Part shown: positions 57,601-64,000 of the stretch, piece by piece | Layout: every line of letters begins with the position of its first letter | How positions within the stretch are numbered: the stretch's first letter is position 1 | DNA from: Kiritimatiellia bacterium | GTDB lineage: Bacteria; Verrucomicrobiota; Kiritimatiellia; RFP12; UBA1067 | Reading direction: 5' to 3' | Length of the DNA: 64,000 bases | Assembly: GCA_028686345.1 (NCBI GenBank) | Contig: JAQUCE010000011.1 | Location: 1,355 to 65,354, forward strand | Notes under the pieces: generated by a model | Databases searched by the model: none | What the model saw: the letters and a program-made list of their open reading frames with translations, nothing else | Told to the model about the DNA's origin: nothing | Translations under genes and position numbers: made by a program

Positions 57601-58000
57601 TATTCTGTTTGGGAAGCATCTCTGCCATGCAATAGGCAAAACTCAGCTCCGGGCCGAAGTTATTGGGGTTGGTGCCAGCCGGTGCCAGCGGGTTCCACTG
57701 GTTGGCTGGCAGAGCTGAACGCACACTGGGCGAGTGATACAGCTGGACATCTGGTTGCGCAATCAGATTTGGAGGGGCCTCGGCGGCAATGCCCACCCCC
57801 TCCATGTTGGATTGTCCCCCCATCAGAAACACGCGCCACTCCTTCGCGTACGCTGACTGAACCAAGATGCTTAAAAGCAAAGCCACAGCCAACACTTGTA
57901 AGAGGGGTAACACTTTATATGATGACTTGAGCAAATATTCTCCTGAAGGAATGTTCTGTTCTTCCCCACATCGCACAGGATGCAGGTGCGCACGCTGCAC
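54602..58000 (-). CDS. Multidomain carbohydrate esterase: N-terminal sialate O-acetylesterase (SASA/SGNH) domain + LamG-like domain + large C-terminal glycoside-hydrolase-like domain (1132 aa)
   Basis: WRVFLMGGQSNMEGVG (SGNH/SASA GQSNM catalytic Ser motif). The central region resembles the LamG paralogues. The true start is probably an internal or alternative start preceding the signal-like segment VLPLLQVLAVALLLSILVQSAYA. Confidence 0.65.
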   Translation of the reverse strand: MQRAHLHPVRCGEEQNIPSGEYLLKSSYKVLPLLQVLAVALLLSILVQSAYAKEWRVFLMGGQSNMEGVGIAAEAPPNLIAQPDVQLYHSPSVRSALPANQWNPLAPAGTNPNNFGPELSFAYCMAEMLPKQNIALIKHAKGGTKLTTEPLHYEVTSWHPGASASDSASFGAEFAAFIHTVTNALAAMRAQGDTPVLSGVLWVQGEADSTSIAAAAAYEQNITRLVARVREQFSAPNLPFVCARILPYQVRPGSAAVRQALDNIDQDSGSPAAIPHLFTVHTEGLGVHTDNVHFNTPGQLGLGRLLAQSMSYRGLEIPRSTPPHSLAYWQFDEASNAAYLLDVVGVYHLDQQIAATPAPALVERASQPAKPLFIDGTPPQVNPGSLMNSHGMRRLYDAALDMRDQPWTFEAFFRNNAVGTHSAYEVIGGTRSAMSQYYGWRVIMINGQIRFFATANNGQVAHVLTTLRFDDGCTHHLAAVWEPADGAAGKMRLYVDGNFAGESTGAGDLGDDATFAKRFALGGNISGTKGAPVINSNLWNGSLDELRFTPRALQPRSFLRAFPKGTTLEVSAVNPLDRIYPDLTPYTSEQAAHLPRGGRAYFQFALHSTAHAGSVRLSAASLQKENGTVLKDAACVQVLRAVQVEANYGGCARTQVNKVPPGSVRESIVRQAPFNVYEVVTDKTAISLDGSATYAAIARVDVSRDAEPGLYHGVLTAALGDDATASAPLALRVYQTTLHERQPLDVIHWLWPEPQNLTDEAPPEWWSEPHWQLLEASGRTLRDYGDTVLFTPLFATETPLIQVIADTGSDHSWSFGFSRFDRWVTTFKELGFTRFFGKHINNHRSVFTWDQATGAVRPLNLSFEEYHQNFLPAFYAAFYKHLCQRGWQDSYIQALTDEPRLDALQRYQQMVHSFRKHMPGIGIAEALNHEFDQFSEFVDVPAWWFGYVYSKDWPDLIQQRIDAGKENWVYYACSPTPPHPNSHLDVPLWRSRALPWVVDYCRASGLLHWAANGYRGADPYTSSIGPLPNGSTAPGHPPGDNWLFYPTAKGLTGSMRMVALQQGIEDYTLLKMLRAKDPDCAAAIADSIVHAMVLDYRNKDIRSEYANNAASYSAARQQLLERLDSIGVAPDL

Positions 58001-58020
58001 TCTACGGCAATAGGCGGTGC

Positions 58021-60303
58021 TTATTGCAGCATCAGTATGGTTCCGGAGGCCGCCGCGGTGACATGAATGTTAACGGCATTGGACAGCTCTCCGTCAGTTG
58101 CGAAGAGCCTCAGCAGATAGTCGCCGCTCCTTGTGATTGTGATGGTGGTAGCCGGATCACCTGGGTCATCGAACAGCACTTTAGCCGCATCGCCGGAGAC
58201 CACCGACCAGGATGTCGCAAGGCTCAGCCCACGGGGCTGCCCGTCATCATAAACCCTGGCCAGCGCGTCTACCGAGTGGCCGACCTGGATTGTTAACGCG
58301 GCTGCAGCCTCAATCACAGGGGCGTGGTTATTGTCCGGGTCGATTGCCAGAGTCTTGATCTCCTCATCAGAGAGCAGGCGGTCATAGATGCGCATCTCGT
58401 CAAAGACACCGTCGAAGTTGCGGATAGAACCGTTTCCACCAATACGCAAGTCGCCGGTCGTGAAAGCCTTTGATCCATCGCAGGCCGCACCCAGTGCGGA
58501 AGATCCTGTTGAGATGCCATTGATATAAAAAGCCTGCCGTTTTCCGGCGGAGACAGATGGACGGCGGTCATACAGAATTGCCAGATGAACCCACTGATTT
58601 TTGTCGTTCTCCAGCGAGTAGTTCTGCTGGGTCCATGAGTAATCACCTGTATCCGCTAAATTCCTTGTGGCAAGATAGATTTTGTCAGGATTGAAATAAA
58701 TAAAGAACCGCGAAGTTCCATAATCAAAAATCCGCTTGCCGATATTATTGGTGTAGGCCGCATCATAGTAGAGCCAGAGCGAGAAGGTAAAGCACTCAGC
58801 ATTGGTCAAAATCGTTGCCTGTGCATAAGAGTTCGTGGACGGAAAGCGGAGTCCATTGCCGATCTTACCGGGCTGCAGCAAAGTCTGGTTACGTAGAGTC
58901 AGCGTATTCGCGCCTGCAGAGTCGTAGGAACTTGTCAGAGCGGGGTCTTCATCCATCTGCCACCAGTGAAGCAGCCCGTCTGCCAGGTCGCCGGCCGGCA
59001 GGTTCACAGTAACAGTAACCTGATCAGCTCCGGTTGCCGCACCGTCATCGGCAGCCAGTTGCAGAACATAGATGCCATTGGTGGAGAAGTAGGCGACCGT
59101 GGTGTTGGTGAAGGCATTGTCAAAGAAAACGCCGCCCGGACCACTCAGCTTACTCCAGCGGAGAGATGGAACTGCGGAGGGGTTGGCATCATCTGTCACA
59201 AACCCTGTTAAAGCAAGGCCCTGTCCCAGCACTGAGCTCGTTGATGACCAGGGGAGAGTGACAACCGGCGCGCTATTACCCGACGGGGTTGTTGAATCAC
59301 GCACAACCGTCACATCATTTGATGTTGTTCCCAGCTCGCTAACAGCGGTCAGCCTGAGTACATGGACACCGTCCTCGGGCAAGGTCACGGTGGTTGCCGG
59401 CAAAAAGGGCGTTGCGAAAACAGGAAGAACTCCTATCGGAGAAGAGACCACACTCCAGTAGGAGGTTGCGTTTATGGCAGCGCTGTAGGGATTGGTGCTG
59501 ATCAACCGCCCTTGCAGTTGTGCAATGGCGCGGTGGCAGGTTTGATCCAGACCTGCATCCACAACAACCGGGCAGTTTTGATAAAGCTCCAGAATCTCTC
59601 TGTCGGTCAGGCACTCATCATAGATCCGCACGTCATCCATCGCGCCATCAAAAGCACGGGTGCCGTTGACTCCGGTATTGCCAAGATAACCAGATCCAGA
59701 TCCAGCAGCATCAGGCGAGTAAGTTTTAGGGGTTTGCAAGGTGCCGCAACGAACTCCGTTGATATAAAAGACGGGCTGGGTAACCCACTCCGTTGGAGAC
59801 GTATAACTGCGCTTGACAACTACAGCAGCATGCGTCCATTTGTCTGTTTCAACCATAAACGGCCCTGTCCCATTTGAATTCCACTCGCCACGGGTCGGTG
59901 TGCTGCCGATACCGAGGCTGAATTTTCCGGGCATGGATGTCGAAAACTGGAAGTAGCAATACCCCAGCTGAAACAGCTTAGGGTAGGAGTTAGCAAACGA
60001 AGTCACTTTAACCCAGGCGGCAAGCGTGAAATTTGTCAGATGTGCAGGGTTGGTGAATTGCGCCCAGGCATTGACACTGCCATCAAAGAGCACCGCTTTG
60101 CCGAACCGCCCGTCAATAATCGACACCCCCGACCCCAGCGCGGCATTGCGCCCGTAACCTGAAGAGTCAACAAGGGTTGAAGATCCCGGGGCATCGTCCA
60201 TCTTCCACCACCCAATCAAACGACCGGAGCCCTGCGCCGAGGCAGGAGCAACCGCAAGCAAAACACTTATCAGAGTGATTGTACAACACATAAAATGTTT
60301 CAT
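58021..60303 (-). CDS. Secreted LamG-domain protein, tandem paralogue of 52295..54592
   Basis: GRLIGWWKMDDAPGSSTLVDSSGYGRNAALGSGVSIIDGRFGKAVLFDG, and the same domain order as its paralogue. Confidence 0.65.
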   Translation of the reverse strand: MKHFMCCTITLISVLLAVAPASAQGSGRLIGWWKMDDAPGSSTLVDSSGYGRNAALGSGVSIIDGRFGKAVLFDGSVNAWAQFTNPAHLTNFTLAAWVKVTSFANSYPKLFQLGYCYFQFSTSMPGKFSLGIGSTPTRGEWNSNGTGPFMVETDKWTHAAVVVKRSYTSPTEWVTQPVFYINGVRCGTLQTPKTYSPDAAGSGSGYLGNTGVNGTRAFDGAMDDVRIYDECLTDREILELYQNCPVVVDAGLDQTCHRAIAQLQGRLISTNPYSAAINATSYWSVVSSPIGVLPVFATPFLPATTVTLPEDGVHVLRLTAVSELGTTSNDVTVVRDSTTPSGNSAPVVTLPWSSTSSVLGQGLALTGFVTDDANPSAVPSLRWSKLSGPGGVFFDNAFTNTTVAYFSTNGIYVLQLAADDGAATGADQVTVTVNLPAGDLADGLLHWWQMDEDPALTSSYDSAGANTLTLRNQTLLQPGKIGNGLRFPSTNSYAQATILTNAECFTFSLWLYYDAAYTNNIGKRIFDYGTSRFFIYFNPDKIYLATRNLADTGDYSWTQQNYSLENDKNQWVHLAILYDRRPSVSAGKRQAFYINGISTGSSALGAACDGSKAFTTGDLRIGGNGSIRNFDGVFDEMRIYDRLLSDEEIKTLAIDPDNNHAPVIEAAAALTIQVGHSVDALARVYDDGQPRGLSLATSWSVVSGDAAKVLFDDPGDPATTITITRSGDYLLRLFATDGELSNAVNIHVTAAASGTILMLQ

Positions 60304-60514
60304 GATCTCTCCTTCTGATTGAATACTCGTTTAAGATACAATACTACAAGTAATTGTCGCAAGTATGATATATCTTTTTTGAATTGTCAACTGTCAATCT
60401 TTTTTATTTTAAATTAAATTCATGCGTAATTTTATGGCTTATCTGATTCTTAAGCCCTTTATTAGCTTTTGTTTGTTGGGCTTTACGCGAGGCAGCGCGT
60501 TCTCCTGCCAGCAG

Positions 60515-60545
60515 TTGTCAAAAAAAAATATTTAGCTGTTTGACA
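60515..60545. promoter_or_regulatory. Candidate GntR-type operator: inverted repeat TTGTCAAA-N16-TTTGACA about 45-70 bp upstream of the gntR-like gene, plus a nearby direct repeat TTGTCAACTGTCAA (60384-60397)
   Basis: ttgtcaaaaaaaaatatttagctgtttgaca fits the GT-N-AC core pattern of GntR-family operators. It lies in the AT-rich divergent promoter region 60304-60586. Confidence 0.35.
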
Positions 60546-60586
60546 CAAAAACACATATTTTGATATATTAAAAACAAAGGAGACAA

Positions 60587-61300
60587 ATGGCCAATTATTC
60601 AACCATGAAAGTTCCCAAAGAGGGGAAGAACACGCTGTCGCGCCGGGTGTACGGTGTTTTACGGGATAATATTTTGGAGGGTCAGCTGAAGCCCGGCGAA
60701 CGACTGGTACGCAAAGAGATTGCGAAGCGGTTCGGAGTCAGCCAATTGCCCGTGATTGAAGCTCTTTATATGCTGGAGATCGACGGTTATGTGAAAAATC
60801 GACCGCTGGCAGGATGTCGGGTATCCACAATGACCATGGAGGATATCTCTGACAACCTGATGCTGCGCGAGGCCTTGGAGTGCCAGATTGCACGCTTGTG
60901 CGCGACAACCATAAAACCGAAAGAGGGTGAGCAGCTGATGAAGCTGGCCCGGCAGGTGGACCAGTTCACGCGGGCCGACACGCCCGACCCAACGCTGGGC
61001 AAGCAGATGCACCTTGAGTTCCATCTAAAGCTGGCTCTTTTAAGCGGGTGTAATATTTTTGTAAAAATGCTGAAAGAGGTCTGGTTTAAAAAATACATGA
61101 GCTTTAACAGTCTCAAATCCATTAAGATGCTGGATATCCCGGAGGAGTGGCACCAGCTCCTGGTACGTCAGATTTTAACCGGCGATCCTGAGACAGCGGA
61201 GCAGGCAATGCGTAAACATGTGCAGTTCGGCTCGCAGATTGACCGCAATGCACTGGAGGCTTACCTGCTGGAGGAGAGTGCGCAGCAGAACCGCGATTAA
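60587..61300 (+). CDS. GntR-family transcriptional regulator (FadR/FCD-type C-terminal domain)
   Basis: N-terminal wHTH VYGVLRDNILEGQLKPGERLVRKEIAKRFGVSQLPVIEALYMLEIDGYV. RBS AAGGAG. Confidence 0.8.
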   Translation: MANYSTMKVPKEGKNTLSRRVYGVLRDNILEGQLKPGERLVRKEIAKRFGVSQLPVIEALYMLEIDGYVKNRPLAGCRVSTMTMEDISDNLMLREALECQIARLCATTIKPKEGEQLMKLARQVDQFTRADTPDPTLGKQMHLEFHLKLALLSGCNIFVKMLKEVWFKKYMSFNSLKSIKMLDIPEEWHQLLVRQILTGDPETAEQAMRKHVQFGSQIDRNALEAYLLEESAQQNRD

Positions 61301-61388
61301 GCAACTATGAATAATTCGGCTACGCCGAATGATCTTCAAAAGCGGTGTTTTAATCGTCATCCGCTTTTTGGAAAAGGCTTATAACCCT

Positions 61389-61952
61389 ATGAGAGAAAAA
61401 ACAAAACAAAACATCTCAAAAAAGAGCTGCGCGGGCACGGCGTTTATGGATCGCGCGGCGGATACCCTGCTGGCTACTCTCAGCGCGGTAATTATCTGTA
61501 TCGTGCTGGCAGCGGTATTCTTCCGCTATGTGCTGAACCACTCACTATCCTGGAGCGATGAAATGGTGCGTTATCTGTTTGTCTGGTTTACGATGCTGGG
61601 CGCCGCTGTAACTCTGCGTGAACGTGAGCATATCCGCGTGGATTTCTTTGTCGAAAAACTATCTGCACGCCACCGACGCTGGGCAGAGGTCGCGATGCTT
61701 GCCTGCGTGTCAATCTTTCATGCGGTGCTGATCGTGCTGGGTGCCTGCTGGGTGTGGTCCACGCGCGGGTCATACACATCAGCACTGCAATGGCCGCTGA
61801 ATCTTCTCTTTTATGCAGCCTTGCCGTGCTCCGCGACCCTGGGTCTCTGGTACGCGGTGCGCAGAATGATCCACGGTGAATTCACCGAGGGTAACGGGAT
61901 CGACGATAAACCAACCGCGCCGGAGCATGGAGGTGATGCATGCAACTCCTGA
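61389..61952 (+). CDS. dctQ: TRAP transporter small permease (DctQ family)
   Basis: 4-TM pattern, ...VRYLFVWFTMLGAAVTLREREHIRVDFF. The start is uncertain (61329, 61389 or 61446). The 13-nt overlap with dctM is typical. Confidence 0.7.
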   Translation: MREKTKQNISKKSCAGTAFMDRAADTLLATLSAVIICIVLAAVFFRYVLNHSLSWSDEMVRYLFVWFTMLGAAVTLREREHIRVDFFVEKLSARHRRWAEVAMLACVSIFHAVLIVLGACWVWSTRGSYTSALQWPLNLLFYAALPCSATLGLWYAVRRMIHGEFTEGNGIDDKPTAPEHGGDACNS

Positions 61953-63223
61953 TCGGAGGGATGCTGCTGTTTCTGGTGCTGGGTATGCCGATTGCCTATG
62001 CTCTCGGACTCAGCTCACTCATTTATGTGCTGGCGTGCCCTGACCTGTCACCCATGATCGTCGCCCAGCGGCTCTGCGTGGGCGCTGATTCACTGGTGCT
62101 GCTGGCGCTGCCGTTCTTCCTGCTGGCAGGCGAGATCATGAACGCATCGGGGATAACCCGGCGCTTGACACGTCTGGCGCTGGCCATTATCGGACCGCCG
62201 CGCGGTGGACTATCCTACGTAGTGGTAGCTGTAAACATGCTGGTGGCAATGGTCTCGGGCGCAGCGATTGCCAGCGCGGCCGCGGTTGGCTCCACCATGA
62301 TCCCCATGATGGAGCGCAAGGGCTATCCGCGCGGATATGCCGCCGCGCTGAACGCCGCCGCTGCCACGATGGGGCCGATCATCCCGCCCAGCGTGGGCTT
62401 TATCATCTACGCCTCGGTCTCTGGCGCCTCGGTCGGCAAGCTGTTCCTGGCCGGGGCTGTTCCCGGCGTGCTGCTGGCTGCGGCAACTCTGGCGGTCTGT
62501 GCCTGGACAGCTTATCAACACGGCTACCCCGGCGGTGACCGTCACACCCGGAAAGAGCTGTGGGAGAGTCTGTACAGCGCGCTGCCCGCCCTGCTGATGC
62601 CGGTCATAATTCTGGGAGGTATCTTCGGCGGACTGGTCACGCCCACCGAGGCCGGCGCGCTGGCGGTGGGATACGGCCTGCTGGCTGGTTTCTGTTTCTA
62701 CCGCTCGCTGCATCTGCGCGACCTGCCAGGTATTCTGCTGGTTACCGCACGACGCACTGCATCGATTATGATTATTATCGCCTGCGCCTCGTGTTTCGGT
62801 TTTCTGATCACCCGCGAAATCGACGCTGTGCAGTTCATCGGCGCCTTCCAATCGCTGACACAGAGCCGCAGTATCCTGCTGCTCCTGATTCTGGGGTTGA
62901 TCCTCATACTGGGCATGGTGATGGAGGGAGGCAGCATTATGATCATTCTCACCCCACTGCTGCTGCCAGTGTTAAAAGCTTACCAGATTGATATTGTACA
63001 CTTCGGGGTGGTTTTTCAGCTGGGCATCATGGTCGGGCTGCTCACACCGCCGGTCGGTATGCTGCTGTTTGTTATTTCCGGCATTAGCGGCGTTCCAGTG
63101 CGGAGTATTGTGCGCAATCTCCGCCCGTTTTATCTCATGCTGGCAGCGCTGTTGCTGATCATCACCTTTGTGCCCGAGATCTCGCTCTGGCTGGTGGAAC
63201 TCTCAGCCGCGCGGTTGAAATAA
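61940..63223 (+). CDS. dctM: TRAP transporter large permease (DctM family)
   Basis: 427-aa polytopic membrane protein with DctM-type motifs (LLALPFFLLAGEIMNASGIT...). Confidence 0.85.
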   Translation: MQLLIGGMLLFLVLGMPIAYALGLSSLIYVLACPDLSPMIVAQRLCVGADSLVLLALPFFLLAGEIMNASGITRRLTRLALAIIGPPRGGLSYVVVAVNMLVAMVSGAAIASAAAVGSTMIPMMERKGYPRGYAAALNAAAATMGPIIPPSVGFIIYASVSGASVGKLFLAGAVPGVLLAAATLAVCAWTAYQHGYPGGDRHTRKELWESLYSALPALLMPVIILGGIFGGLVTPTEAGALAVGYGLLAGFCFYRSLHLRDLPGILLVTARRTASIMIIIACASCFGFLITREIDAVQFIGAFQSLTQSRSILLLLILGLILILGMVMEGGSIMIILTPLLLPVLKAYQIDIVHFGVVFQLGIMVGLLTPPVGMLLFVISGISGVPVRSIVRNLRPFYLMLAALLLIITFVPEISLWLVELSAARLK

Positions 63224-63244
63224 GAGATGGTTAAAAGGAAACCC

Positions 63245-64000
63245 ATGGCTAATACAAAACAGAAAATACAAGATGGAGAGTGCGCCTTTGGCGGCTGGAT
63301 GCTGATTCCGCACCCAGCCATTGCCGAAATTATGGCTGGCGAAGGCTTTGACTGGATCGCAGTCGACATGGAACACGCGGCCGTTGAGCTCTCGCAGATC
63401 GAGCAGATTGAGCGGGCGTTGCGTCCCTCAGGCTGCGACCTTCTTGTGCGGCTGGACGGGATTAATCCCGTGCAAGCCAAACATGTTCTGGATGCCGGAG
63501 CCAAAGGCATTATTGTGCCAAGTGTAATCTCCCCCGAAGATGTCGACACCATGACCGCCGCTGTGCGCTACCCGCCGCAAGGCAACCGCGGCACATCGCT
63601 CTCAAGGGCACTGGACTACGGACGCAACTTTGACAGCTATATCCGCCGCCACAATGACGAAGTCTTTTTGGCAGTGATGCTGGAGCACACGCTGGCCGCC
63701 GATCGCGCCGATGAGATTCTCGCGCGTCCCGACATTGATGCTGCCTTTATCGGACCCTATGATCTCTCGGCCTCCATGGGCATCCCTGGTCAGCTCGACC
63801 ATCCCGAGGTGCTTGCCGCTGAGCAGAAGATCCTGGAAGCCTGCCGCCGCCATAACATCGCGCCTGGCTACCATGTTGTCCCCCCTGAAGCGCACCGCAT
63901 CCAGGAGCGAATTGATAATGGCTACCGGTTTATCGGCTGCAGCCTCGACACTCAGCTGATTATGAATGGCTGCCGGCAACTGCTAAAAAGTTTGAAAGGA
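63245..64000 (+). CDS. HpcH/HpaI-family (class II, metal-dependent) 2-keto-3-deoxy-acid aldolase, 3'-truncated by the window end
   Basis: RBS AAAGGAA. GGWMLIPHPAIAEIMAGEGFDWIAVDMEHA...RLDGINPVQAKHVLDAGAKGIIVP is the HpcH/HpaI aldolase fold signature. It is not in the ORF track because no stop is reached. Confidence 0.75.
   Translation, partial: MANTKQKIQDGECAFGGWMLIPHPAIAEIMAGEGFDWIAVDMEHAAVELSQIEQIERALRPSGCDLLVRLDGINPVQAKHVLDAGAKGIIVPSVISPEDVDTMTAAVRYPPQGNRGTSLSRALDYGRNFDSYIRRHNDEVFLAVMLEHTLAADRADEILARPDIDAAFIGPYDLSASMGIPGQLDHPEVLAAEQKILEACRRHNIAPGYHVVPPEAHRIQERIDNGYRFIGCSLDTQLIMNGCRQLLKSLKG

Overview
This 64-kb window is mostly high-GC (~58-60%) chromosomal DNA. The gene content looks like a PVC-superphylum bacterium (Kiritimatiellota, Verrucomicrobiota or Lentisphaerota-like): a tandem cluster of pseudopilin genes, many secreted LamG and BNR/sialidase-like glycoside hydrolases, and multihaem cytochromes.

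Gene content in order:
- A low-GC (~40%) restriction-modification islet lies next to a minus-strand tRNA-Asn(GTT). Its main gene (72-2801) fuses a PD-(D/E)xK nuclease to an N6-adenine methyltransferase.
- A UvrD-family helicase and a TonB protein follow.
- A 9-gene minus-strand T2SS/type-IV-pilus-like operon runs from about 7.9 to 17.8 kb: GspF platform, five GspG-like pseudopilins, GspH/I/J-like pseudopilins, and a 992-aa GspK-like giant. No ATPase or secretin is in the window.
- A secreted GH5 glycanase overlaps a GT4 glycosyltransferase, followed by a (CGTTTGA)n heptamer tandem repeat.
- A PIG-L deacetylase and an APH-family kinase form a pair.
- A ZnuA/ZnuC/ZnuB metal ABC transporter is present.
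- A gluconate-2-dehydrogenase-like three-subunit flavoprotein dehydrogenase (Tat gamma subunit, GMC flavoprotein, cytochrome) has an unusual 9-haem membrane-anchored cytochrome.
- Two very large secreted hypothetical proteins are present (885 aa and 1238 aa).
- A sialoglycan-type polysaccharide utilisation cluster spans about 40.5 to 60.3 kb: three BNR sialidase-like proteins, a beta-helix protein, two paralogous LamG proteins, and a 1132-aa sialate-O-acetylesterase (SASA) fusion.
- A GntR regulator, TRAP DctQ/DctM permeases and a partial HpcH/HpaI aldolase close the window; the matching TRAP substrate-binding gene sits 22 kb away.

The most unusual, unexplained signal is a family of modular, hairpin-rich intergenic repeats. 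They occupy nearly every large intergenic gap, are assembled in varying orientations, include a 1.5-kb compound block, and flank znuC/znuB as an inverted pair.
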